Part shown: in pieces, positions 18,719 through 28,500 of the stretch
Numbering within the stretch: the first letter of the stretch is position 1
Layout: each line of letters begins with the position of its first letter
Source: Nanobdellota archaeon
Lineage (GTDB): Archaea > Nanobdellota > Nanobdellia > Woesearchaeales > GW2011-AR4
Assembly: GCA_038046385.1 (NCBI GenBank)
Contig: JBBSWH010000010.1
Location: 1-57,834, forward strand
Length of the DNA stretch: 57,834 bases
Direction of reading: 5' to 3'
Position numbers and translations under genes: made by a program
The notes under the pieces: model-generated
What the model was told of the DNA's origin: nothing
Database searches by the model: none
What the model saw: only the letters and a program-made list of their open reading frames with translations

Positions 18719-18775
18719 GGTAAATGTGGACAGCAGCTAATATAAAAAACTTGTTAAATAAAGAAAAAAGAATTA

Positions 18776-19366
18776 TTATGCCCCGAAATAAAGCTTAACA
18801 ACACCAATTGCAGCCATCATGTCTGCAATATGGGCAGAAGCATCAGGGTCAACTCTCACTGTTGCATTATGGAAGTTCATTGTAGTGTTGGATTTAGTAA
18901 CGGAGCGGGAGATGTAACCTGCATTTTCAAGAGTTCTTAATGCATTTTGAGCAGCTCCATAAACAAATTCAACTTCTTTAGAACCTGGCTTAAAAGTTAT
19001 TATTACGTTTTTATTGCCTTTTCTTAAATTAAGGTATTCCTCTCCCGGATTATTAGTTTCGTACAGCGCTTTTGCCATTGCAGTCCAACATTCACCAGCA
19101 GTCCGTAAACCTTTTACAGCACCTCTCATCTCAACTTCAGAACCCTGTTTTGAATAGTATATCTCAACGTCATCACTAGTAACTCTCTTTACCAGCCCAT
19201 CTTGGCTTGCTTTTACGTCTTTAAAATCGTGACGAGGAAGTAAATCTGAAAGGTTAACTTTCCATTGTCTTGCAAGATGCTCAGCGAGCTCTTCAAGCGG
19301 AGACGGAGTATAATCAAAAATTCCAAATTCTGTTTCAACTGACCTTTGCACAAGTGTTTGTGTCAT
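18776..19366 (-). CDS. Hypothetical protein
   Basis: 196-aa ORF with TATA (TTAAATA) upstream. Confidence 0.7.
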   Translation of the reverse strand: MTQTLVQRSVETEFGIFDYTPSPLEELAEHLARQWKVNLSDLLPRHDFKDVKASQDGLVKRVTSDDVEIYYSKQGSEVEMRGAVKGLRTAGECWTAMAKALYETNNPGEEYLNLRKGNKNVIITFKPGSKEVEFVYGAAQNALRTLENAGYISRSVTKSNTTMNFHNATVRVDPDASAHIADMMAAIGVVKLYFGA

Positions 19367-19722
19367 TATCTCTTTGGTAATCTTATTGCATATTTAAGCC
19401 TTTTCTTTTATTACTACTACCTAAAGGTAACTTTTTTACTCATATTTTTATATAAATTATAAAGTATAACTTTATTAAGCAGCAAAATTCACTCATTATT
19501 AACAGGCGATTTATGAGTAATTTACCTTGTTAAACCTATATATTCTGAGCTATATTTCTAACTACAATAAAACTTATATATTACAACTTCCGGGAAAAGC
19601 TTAGTATATGGGGGTTGTTATAGGTGTTTAGGTGCGTCATGCAGACATACTAGTCTTCGCATGAAGTGTTCTATACTCCTTTGATTTATAGGGGCGGAGA
19701 AATCGTTTTTACAGGGACAAAC

Positions 19723-20253
19723 ATGAAACTGACAAACACAAAAGTCAACGATGCAGTAAAAGAAATAATCGGAGAAGATTCTGTTAGAATAATCGATTAT
19801 CTAAAAGACAAGAAGAATGTTTCTGATTTTAAGATTGCAGAAAAAGTTGACCGTGATATTCACGAAGTAAGGAATATTCTTTACAGGCTTTACAACCACA
19901 ACCTTGTTTCTTATTACAGGAAGAAAGACAGGCAGAAGGGATGGTATATCTCTTATTGGACATTCAACAAGAAAAGAGTCAAGGAAATGATTGACAAGAC
20001 TTCAAAGGAGAAGCTTGCAAAATTTAATGTCAGATTAAAGGAAGAGGAAGCAAATTTCGGAAATTTTTACTTATGCCCTAATGCATGCGTTCGTGTTGGT
20101 TTTGAAAAGGCAGTTGACCTTGAGTACAGGTGCCCTGAATGTGGTAACATACTTAATCATCAGGACAACACAAAGACAATTGACTTTTTGAAGACAAAGA
20201 TAAAAGAATTGCAGATGAACGGGCACGGAATAAAAGTCAAGGTACACAACTAG
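19723..20253 (+). CDS. tfe: Transcription factor E (TFIIE-alpha homolog)
   Basis: wHTH (SDFKIAE...VRNILYRL...KGWYISYW) plus Zn ribbon CPNAC...CPECG, DN. Confidence 0.9.
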   Translation: MKLTNTKVNDAVKEIIGEDSVRIIDYLKDKKNVSDFKIAEKVDRDIHEVRNILYRLYNHNLVSYYRKKDRQKGWYISYWTFNKKRVKEMIDKTSKEKLAKFNVRLKEEEANFGNFYLCPNACVRVGFEKAVDLEYRCPECGNILNHQDNTKTIDFLKTKIKELQMNGHGIKVKVHN

Positions 20254-20265
20254 ATTTTCTTGATT

Positions 20266-20667
20266 TTATAATAATTTTAAAAATTCTTCAGGAGATATTA
20301 TTTTTATTCCCCTAAATTCTTTTAACTTGAGCAAATGCTTTTTGTCTTTAGAGACTATGCAATCACAATCACCTTCAACAGCGGCTTCTATAAATTTGTC
20401 ATCATCTGGGTCATTTTTGACAACATTAAGCTTTTCTTTTGGCAAAACAATTTCTGACTTGCTGATTATAAGGTTTTCCCACCAGGCTATACTGTCATCA
20501 GACATAGGGATTTTGAAACTCCGCATAGTCTCCAAAAACTCTAGAAGAATCTCATCAGAAGTAACCGATTCAAATTTTCCTTTAAGCAGCCCTTCGATAA
20601 CTTTGCTGGACGCGCCGCTCCAGTGAATACCTGACACAAATATGTTTGTATCCAAAACCACTCTCAT
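20266..20667 (-). CDS. PIN-domain toxin
   Basis: MRVVLDTNIFVSG, DPDDDKFIEAAVEG, IVSKDKKHLL. Confidence 0.93.
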   Translation of the reverse strand: MRVVLDTNIFVSGIHWSGASSKVIEGLLKGKFESVTSDEILLEFLETMRSFKIPMSDDSIAWWENLIISKSEIVLPKEKLNVVKNDPDDDKFIEAAVEGDCDCIVSKDKKHLLKLKEFRGIKIISPEEFLKLL

Positions 20668-20927
20668 TTTTTTGCTCGTGCCTTTTTAATTGCATTTTCC
20701 ATGTCTTTTTCAGTTAGCTTTAATTTTTTGGCTCTGGCGTGACTTTTACTGAGCACCATATCAAATTCTTCAATGGTTGGAGCTTGCAGCCTCTTAAATA
20801 TCAAAGCGCCTTTGTGCTCAATAACCATAAATTTTTCTCCCTGGTGCAAATCCATGCTTTTCCTGAACTCTTGTGGTATCACAATCTGGCCCCTTTCTCC
20901 AAGCTTTGTTACTTCAAATTTATCCAT
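20664..20927 (-). CDS. AbrB/MazE/SpoVT antitoxin
   Basis: KLGERGQIVIPQEFR; 4-nt overlap with the PIN gene. Confidence 0.92.
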   Translation of the reverse strand: MDKFEVTKLGERGQIVIPQEFRKSMDLHQGEKFMVIEHKGALIFKRLQAPTIEEFDMVLSKSHARAKKLKLTEKDMENAIKKARAKK

Positions 20928-20983
20928 TTTACATCACCAAATCATACTAATATGATTATCATATTTAAATCTTCCTGTTTTAG

Positions 20984-21940
20984 CTATGCTTTCCTTATTT
21001 TAGCAACAAAAAAACCTTCAGTGTCATTATCCTGCGGCCAGATTCTTAAGCATTTTTCAACTTCTTCATTGTACTTCTTTCCGTCAAACTCAGGAACAGT
21101 AGCACTTCTTTTGAGATTTAATTTTATTTCTTCGACTTTTGCGTTTGGATATTTGTTAATCAAGTAGTCAACAACACCTTCATCTTCTTCAGGCTCAAGA
21201 GAGCAAGTGGAGTAAACAAGCGTTCCGCCTTCTTTCAGAAGATTAAAACCAGTTTCTATCAATTGCCTCTGTGTTATTGAAAGCCTTTTGACCATGTCCG
21301 GATTCCAGATATTTATTGTCTTGAAGCTTTTTCTTATTGTTCCTGTGCCGGAACATGGGGCGTCAACAAGAATTTTGTCAAATGCAATCTCTGACTTCTT
21401 AAACCACTGGCCTTCCATCAAAGTAATTATGGCGTTTGTTACGCCGCATCTCTGCAGGTTTATCGATAATGGCTTCATTCGATCAATTGTGTAGTCGTTT
21501 GCTATCAGAATTCCTTTATTCTGCATGTACTGTGCAATCTGCGTTGTCTTGCTTCCGGGAGATGCTGCAATGTCAAGCACAACATCATTTGGCTTTGGAT
21601 CAAGAACTAACGGAGGAATCATGGACGCCGCTTCCTGTATGTAAAAATATCCCAAAGAATGCTCCGGCAAATTGCCAATATCCCTTCTTTCTTTCTTATG
21701 GTGCTCAATCCAAAATCCTTCTTCGCACCATGGAATCTGTTCCAGTTTCCATTTATCTTCTAATCTTTTCTTTAACTCTTCTATCGGCATTTTTAATGTA
21801 TTTACTCTGATTGATCTTTTAAGAAAAGACAAAGAGCATGTTTTGAATTCATTCCAGTCTGTTAAAGAAGAATACCTTTCTATGAATTTTGGCTTGAATT
21901 CGACTTCTGCTGCATTGTGGAATGGTTTTGTTTCTATCAT
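20984..21940 (-). CDS. RsmB/NOP family RNA m5C methyltransferase
   Basis: SIRVNTLK, QEAASM, DIAASPGSKT, VDAPCSGTG, YSTCSLEPEE. Confidence 0.95.
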   Translation of the reverse strand: MIETKPFHNAAEVEFKPKFIERYSSLTDWNEFKTCSLSFLKRSIRVNTLKMPIEELKKRLEDKWKLEQIPWCEEGFWIEHHKKERRDIGNLPEHSLGYFYIQEAASMIPPLVLDPKPNDVVLDIAASPGSKTTQIAQYMQNKGILIANDYTIDRMKPLSINLQRCGVTNAIITLMEGQWFKKSEIAFDKILVDAPCSGTGTIRKSFKTINIWNPDMVKRLSITQRQLIETGFNLLKEGGTLVYSTCSLEPEEDEGVVDYLINKYPNAKVEEIKLNLKRSATVPEFDGKKYNEEVEKCLRIWPQDNDTEGFFVAKIRKA

Positions 21941-23838
21941 TTTATTTCTTTCACCATATACGGTCCTTCCATCCCATAATCAAACTTCCTGAAATATTCT
22001 CTTGCGCCGATGCCGGATATTATGACAATCTTGTTCTTATTATTTTGCTTTGCAATCTCTTCTGCCTTTTGCATCAGCATTTTTCCAATGCCCTTGTGCT
22101 GGAAGCTGTATTCATTTTGTTTTCCAATCTGAACAGCAGCTGAAAAAACGTGGATTTCCCTGATTAAAGCGGATTTTTCTGTTATTTCGCTTCTTAAGAA
22201 CTGCGACGGAAATCTTAATCTTACAAAGCCAAACAAAGCATCGTTTTCTTTGTCAACAGCCTCGATGAAAAACTCCTTCCCTTTTGATGCTTCATATTCT
22301 GTGATTTTTATTTCCATGTTCTCGATTTTTCCGCTTCTTGAAATTCCTGCTTCCCTGCATCTTATGCATTTGCATTTTATTCCCTTTTCTTTGCAGATTT
22401 TTTCAACATACTGCCTTAAATTTGTTTTATCGACTCCTGATGATGTTACATAAGTAGGAATATCCCTCTGAACCCGCATTATTCTGCACCATCTGGCAAC
22501 AAATCTTTTTGTTTCTGCAATCATTTCAGCAGCTTCTTTTGTTGTCAACGGAGTAAACTTGCCGGATTTCCAGTCATTGTATAATTTAGTGCCTTCCATC
22601 ACCATGCATGGATACAGTTTCAGCATGTCCGGCATGTAATCAGAATCTTCGAACAACTGCCTTAACCCTTTCATGTCCATCTCCCTTGTTGTTAATGGAA
22701 GGCCCGGCATGTAGTGCATATTAATCTTGAAGCCCAGGTCTTTCAGAATTCTTATTGACTCAATATTGTCTTCAACGCTATTGCCTCTGTTTGTCGCTTC
22801 AAGAACTTCGTTGTAGATGCTTTGTATTCCGAGCTCAACCCTTGTGCATCCCAACTCCAGCATGATGTTTCCATGGTACAGTTTTCCAAAATCGCTTTTT
22901 GTCTCTATTGTAAGCCCGACGCATCTTATAACTGCAGTTTCATTCTCTTTCTGAATCTGCTTTAAAGACAATGAAGAAATGTTTTCGTTCTTTACTTTCT
23001 GATTGACTTTTTTTATTGCAAGAATGTTTGCATTGTTAGTTTCCGACTCAACAAAATTTTCATTAAATACCGGGCCACTTTCGTTTCCGGACTTTTTAAA
23101 AATAATCTCATTGGCTTTTTCAAAATCATCTTTATTGCTTAAGCTGAGATGCTTTATCTCAAGAAGCTTTCTCTGAATATTGCTCGTTCTTATCTCTTCT
23201 TTTTCAATCACTCTTGGCAATTCAAAAAATTCCTTGAATTTATCCATATCAAGATCATCATCAGCAAAAAAGAGCCTTGAGAAGTCGTTCATTGCCTTAA
23301 GGGAGTACTTTACAAAATATTCCTGGTATATTGGCGGGAAAAAAGTAAAAGTGCCTCCCTGGATTATTATTTCGGCTTTGTCAGGCACCTTGCCCATAGC
23401 GACATAATGCTCCAGCCTGTTGAAAACAATCAAGTAAGGGTCGTAATTATTTCTTATTGACCTTCTTGTTGATGGTTCTTTGCCTGTGTAGCTCTGCGGA
23501 ACGTCCCCAAACGGGCTTCCTGGGCCGCCGGGGCAGTATGAGCACGGCCCGATATTTTTCATCGTGTGCGGACAGGGATATGGATCTGACATCAAAGCAA
23601 TGGGTGCAACGCCACTCAGCGTTCTTGTCGGCTTTAATGATAAAATTTCCCTGAATTTTTTTCTTTCATCTTCAGAGGCTGCAAAGTAGATGTCTGCATT
23701 TTTAGGGATTGCAACTATTTTTGACTTGTAATTGTTCAATACTTTTGCCTTTATCTTGTTGAACTGCTCTTTTGTTTCAGGAGCATTCTTCTTCAGCTCT
23801 TCCACTATTTCCAGACAAGCCTGCCTAAAGTAATCCAT
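21937..23838 (-). CDS. elp3: Elp3 radical SAM/GNAT tRNA U34 modification enzyme
   Basis: TRTLSGVAP, CPH...CSYCPGG, QSYTGKEP, RIMRVQRDIP, CIRCRE, QHKGIG. Confidence 0.95.
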   Translation of the reverse strand: MDYFRQACLEIVEELKKNAPETKEQFNKIKAKVLNNYKSKIVAIPKNADIYFAASEDERKKFREILSLKPTRTLSGVAPIALMSDPYPCPHTMKNIGPCSYCPGGPGSPFGDVPQSYTGKEPSTRRSIRNNYDPYLIVFNRLEHYVAMGKVPDKAEIIIQGGTFTFFPPIYQEYFVKYSLKAMNDFSRLFFADDDLDMDKFKEFFELPRVIEKEEIRTSNIQRKLLEIKHLSLSNKDDFEKANEIIFKKSGNESGPVFNENFVESETNNANILAIKKVNQKVKNENISSLSLKQIQKENETAVIRCVGLTIETKSDFGKLYHGNIMLELGCTRVELGIQSIYNEVLEATNRGNSVEDNIESIRILKDLGFKINMHYMPGLPLTTREMDMKGLRQLFEDSDYMPDMLKLYPCMVMEGTKLYNDWKSGKFTPLTTKEAAEMIAETKRFVARWCRIMRVQRDIPTYVTSSGVDKTNLRQYVEKICKEKGIKCKCIRCREAGISRSGKIENMEIKITEYEASKGKEFFIEAVDKENDALFGFVRLRFPSQFLRSEITEKSALIREIHVFSAAVQIGKQNEYSFQHKGIGKMLMQKAEEIAKQNNKNKIVIISGIGAREYFRKFDYGMEGPYMVKEIK

Positions 23839-23975
23839 ATTCCTAGAAAGCCCGTTTTGTTTTTAAATGTTGATACACAAATAATTTAAACAACCCCAAA
23901 TAAAAGGACATTATGGATTTTTTCCCTTTTGGGTAAACTATATAAACCAGTTTAGGTATCTTATTGTTTGTACTG

Positions 23976-24755
23976 ATGAAAAAGGACAAAAAAGAGGTCA
24001 GAGAAAAGTTCTTGCCATGCATACATGGCTTGGATAACTTATTTCATGAGGGAATCCCTCAGGGTAATTCTATACTTGTTGAAGGCGGGCCCGGCAGCGG
24101 AAAGACTATTCTTTGCCTGCAGATTGCTTACGAGCAGGCTAAAAGAGGAAAAAAAGTCCTGATTATGAGTTTTGAAGAGGCAGAGCACCAGCTAAGGGAG
24201 CACATGGAAGTCTTTAACTGGGATGTTAAAGGATTGGAAGCAAAAGGAACCCTTCAGATTAAAAGAATCAATGCATTGGATATTTCCAGAAGCGTCGAAG
24301 CCCTGCTTAGCGACGCTAAAAAAGAGCTTTTGATAGACATCCACCCAGTGCTCATACCGAAAAGCTTTGCCCCGGATATAATCATTTTTGATTCAATCAG
24401 CGCCATCTCATCAGCATTCAGCGGAGAAGAAAACAGGTTTAGGATTTATATGGAACAATTTTTTAGGTATCTCGAGTCTCAAAAAACAAGCTCCCTTTTG
24501 ATAAGGGAAGTTGCAAACCCCACACATACAGGGGGGAATTATGTTGAGCATGGAGAGGCCATCAGCTTTTTGAGCGACGGAATAATAGTCCTGTATAATG
24601 TGATACTCCCGCACGGAAAAAGAGGGAGGGCATTGGAAATCCTTAAGATGAGGGGGGATGACATAAAAAGGGGTATATACGAAGCAGAAATAAAAAGGGG
24701 AAAAGGATGGGTTGTAAGCGGCACTCCGCTCAAAGGGAGCTATACCTTGACTTAA
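23976..24755 (+). CDS. KaiC/RAD55-like RecA-fold ATPase
   Basis: GGPGSGKT, SFEE, IIFDSIS, FLSDGIIVL, ILKMRG. Confidence 0.9.
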   Translation: MKKDKKEVREKFLPCIHGLDNLFHEGIPQGNSILVEGGPGSGKTILCLQIAYEQAKRGKKVLIMSFEEAEHQLREHMEVFNWDVKGLEAKGTLQIKRINALDISRSVEALLSDAKKELLIDIHPVLIPKSFAPDIIIFDSISAISSAFSGEENRFRIYMEQFFRYLESQKTSSLLIREVANPTHTGGNYVEHGEAISFLSDGIIVLYNVILPHGKRGRALEILKMRGDDIKRGIYEAEIKRGKGWVVSGTPLKGSYTLT

Positions 24756-25572
24756 TCTTTTTTGTTAACGCTATCTCCTCTTCCAGCAAGGGTATTCTTC
24801 TGTTGATGTCTCTTATTATTTCTGCATATTTCTTTGTTTTGATGTGATACTCGCTCTCACTAATCTCCCCTTTCTCAAAATACTTCCTTTGGATTTCTTT
24901 AATCAGGTTTTTGACAGTTTCCCTTTCCTGCTCCAATCTCCTGATTCTGGCTTTCAGCTTAATCCTTTTAACAGCCTTATAAGACAAAACAAACAGCAGC
25001 AAAAATAATAGGGAAGAAGCTGCCCAATAGCGCCACGTTCTCGCAAAAAATTCTTCAATAGTGTTTGTGGTGGCTCTATAGAGTGTTTTGGCTTTTGTAG
25101 TTGCTGCTTTTGACTCGCTGATTGCATTGTATGCCTCTTCAACCAAAGACCTGCTCTTGTCAAACCTTTCATAGTTGAACTCCCTAAGGGCAGCAGTGTA
25201 AAATACCTCGGCAGAACCGACATCGGTGCCGCTGATACGCTGAGTCTCAATAAAAGAATTCAAAGCGACCAGTTCATCATGGGCAGAATAAGCTTCTTTG
25301 CTTAAAGAAATTATCTCATCTAAAACACCATTTATCTTAGAATAATCTGCAGTGGCATTGTTGCTCTCTAAGATTGTCTGCACTTCATAATTCTGCTCCA
25401 GCTCGAACAGAAGGTCAGCGGCCTTTGCATTAGGAAGATTCGAAGCATTCAATTCAGCAACAATATTCTCTGCTCTTGAAATGCTCAAATTGGCATTATA
25501 ATTATCTTCAGACAAGCCGCTGGCCATTGCAGATGCAAGGACAAGCAATAAAACCAAAATTATTTTTCTCAT
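24730..25572 (-). CDS. Exported helical protein with TM anchor and SHOCT-like cytoplasmic tail
   Basis: Signal peptide, helical ectodomain, TM, then QRKYFEKGEISESEY. Confidence 0.8.
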   Translation of the reverse strand: MRKIILVLLLVLASAMASGLSEDNYNANLSISRAENIVAELNASNLPNAKAADLLFELEQNYEVQTILESNNATADYSKINGVLDEIISLSKEAYSAHDELVALNSFIETQRISGTDVGSAEVFYTAALREFNYERFDKSRSLVEEAYNAISESKAATTKAKTLYRATTNTIEEFFARTWRYWAASSLLFLLLFVLSYKAVKRIKLKARIRRLEQERETVKNLIKEIQRKYFEKGEISESEYHIKTKKYAEIIRDINRRIPLLEEEIALTKKIKSRYSSL

Positions 25573-28500
25573 TTTTTCCCACCGCCAAAACGACGCATAG
25601 CTTTCTTTACATCTTCAGAAGCTATATTCTCCTCAATCTCAGCCAGCCGCTCACTTAATGACCTTACCCTATTCTGATAAATTCTTGTGTCTATCATTCC
25701 GGTTTCAATATAGCGCGTCTGCAAAGATTTTACCTTGCTTATGATTTTTTCTTTCTCTTTCAATAGCATCTTGTGCTTTGAAGTGAAAGTGATAAGGTGG
25801 GCCAGCCTGTTTTCGTAAGAAAGCTGGCTGTTCAGGACATCTGCCAGCTTGCCCTCATACTGATTTAATGCCTCATTATACTCTTCTATGCTCTTGCTGT
25901 TTTTTTCAAAGGTTTCCCTCTGGACTTCTTTGATAAGCCCCAATAAAAGATCTTCTTCTTCTTGGCATTTCCTAATCTCGTGCTTTAGATATGTCCTCTT
26001 AGCGCTGACAGAGGCAAGGAATACTATCATCATTAAAACAGCAAATGCTCCAAGAATCTGCAGCTTAAACTCAGTAAGGTACCATTTAATGGGTATCACT
26101 CCCTTAACTTCGCTGGCATACACCAATTCAGCCTCTTCAGCCCTTTGGCTTGCCAGCTCAAAATTGCCCCTCTCAAAAGCAGCGATTGCCAGATTGACAG
26201 ACCTCTCGCTTTCCGATACTTCAATATATCTCTCTTTTGATGTTTCTATCAATGACTTAATGCTGGAAATTTTTGCATCAGCTGCCGAAGCAAGGCTGAA
26301 TATTTTTTCTATTTTTTCAGCCTGGCCGCTCATCTCACCAAACAAGTCTTTTTTATAGGCATCTTCCACCAAAGCCAGAATAGGCTTAACAGTCTCGACA
26401 TTATATCCTTTGATCCTCATATCTGTAATCAATCCCTGCGCATTTATGAGCGCTATTTCAGCAGCTTTTCTGTCCATCTCAAGAATTTTCAGTGTTATGA
26501 CTTTTTCATAGGCTACATCTCTTTCCATTTCAATTACAGATTCCTCTGTAACAAACCCGTACACCAATTTGCCGCTTATATCGAACGTTAATTGATGAGT
26601 TCCTTCTATGAAATATGAAGGCGCGGTTATAAGCACTTTATATTCTGCTTTTTCTCCTGGTTTAAGCGACAATTGGCCTTCTGGCGTGATGCTCAAATAC
26701 TTGGACAAAATGCCCGTGACTGATAATGTAACATTGCGCATCGAAAAATTAAAGGGGTTTTGCATTGCTATCGGAAATTCATTATTGGTGCCTATAACGA
26801 GCTCATATGCTTCGCTGGTTTTGAAAAGAGTTTCTTTTTGCTGTGCCGAGAGCGCAACGCCTCATCCTCCGCCCCCGCCTCCTCCGCCCCCGCCGCTTCC
26901 AGCACTGCTTGTAGTAGTGGTTGTTTCTACTGTTTGTGTCGGTGCAGTGCAGTCAGAGTCTTGAGTGTATCCGCACGAAGTTACACAGACGCTGTCGCTT
27001 GCATTGTAGCACAAAAAGGTTATGTTTGCAGAATCTGTCAGGTTTTGATTGCCGTTTGCGTCTATAAACAGGCCGCCGGATATATTGTACCCATATGAAT
27101 AGAGGTATACAGATTTTACTCCGGAGCTTGCTGAAGCCAATTCAGAAAACTCGGCAACTATATTGTTATAATGCAAGTCAGAATCAGTTATATTTGTGAA
27201 ATTATGGGATTGATTGCCCGATGTGACTATTGTTCCTGAAGGCAATTCCCAATAAAAGCTGACATTATAAGCCGTGTTATTCTCATTGACAGTTATTCCT
27301 CCCATAAGATTTCTTATATACCCTTCCAAAGAAAAACTGGCATTTGTTAAATAAACGCTGCTCGGAGATGACGATATTGTCTGGTCAAGGTAAGGCCCGT
27401 TTTTGTTTGTGACTATTGTCGCTGTTGTAGTTGTTGAAGTGGTGTTTGTTCTTCCAGACGATTCAGTTGTTGTTATTACAGCATTCTCTTCCTCTATTTC
27501 TGTCCCAAAGCTCGCTTTTACTTCTATAGATCTGTTATTCTTGGCTGCAATTGTATAAATCGAGGAAGGCTTGTAGTATACATCATCAAAATATATCTTT
27601 CCTTCTGGCAAATCATAGGTTAACCTGAAGTCCAGGGAGCAGTTATTGTTTGAATAAGCAGAATCTCCAGTGTTATTTATTGTTATGTTACCTATAAACT
27701 TATTTTCATCCCATCCTGCAGTTGATCCTAAATCTGAATTTACTGACCAGGTGCAATCCCAAAGGCTTTGAATGGTGAAGTTGTTGCTTGTTGAAGAGGC
27801 GCCTTCTGTGTCATTTGCCAGTATCCTGAAGGTGATGTTTGATTCGTAAGAAGGAAGAGCTAAGGTTGCATTTACTCCAGTGGATATTGAGTTGGCAGTA
27901 TAGTTTTTCATGCTTATATTTCTCCATTCCCACTCTGCAGAACTGTTTTTCCACTGCAAAATTGCGGTGTCAAAATTTCTATCAGAGTCGTATATGTTTG
28001 CAGTTACATTTATGTTTACACCGGGGTCTGTTCTAGCAGTAGTGTTTGGAGAATATATTATATTTGAAAAGCTTGGAGCGACGTTTCCGAGGACTATCCT
28101 TGTTTCTGTATTATTTTGGTTTCCTGCGTAATCTGAAGCAGTGACATTGTAGAAATAGCTTCCTCCGGCAATTAGTCCTCCCTGGGTGTAGTTGAAGTGC
28201 CAGCTTCCGCTTCCCAGATTAGTTATGCTTGCATTGCTAAGATTGAAAATTGTTATTGTTCCGTTCCAGTTCCAGGTGACGTTTGCAAGGTTTAATTCTG
28301 TTATTGATACATTGACAACAAAGCTTTCTGAAGCTCCTGTGTTGTTGCTTGGCGTTGGAGAAATAAATGAAAGTGCGGGATTCCTGGTGTCGATTGTGAT
28401 TGTTCTTGTTTCTGTGCTGTTAACAACTCCAAGGCTGTTGTTTGCTGTTGCGTTGATATAATACACTCCGTTAGTTAGGTTGGATATATTCACAAAGAAA

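Noticed and set aside
22975-23150. Intein in Elp3
   Set aside because: Too short, with no C/S...HN-C/S/T splice motifs.
26862-26864. Genome-wide TGA=Gly recoding (code 25)
   Set aside because: Conserved genes such as ychF, secE, pyrI, pyrC and lipA end in TGA at their expected termini, and no other internal TGA is needed.
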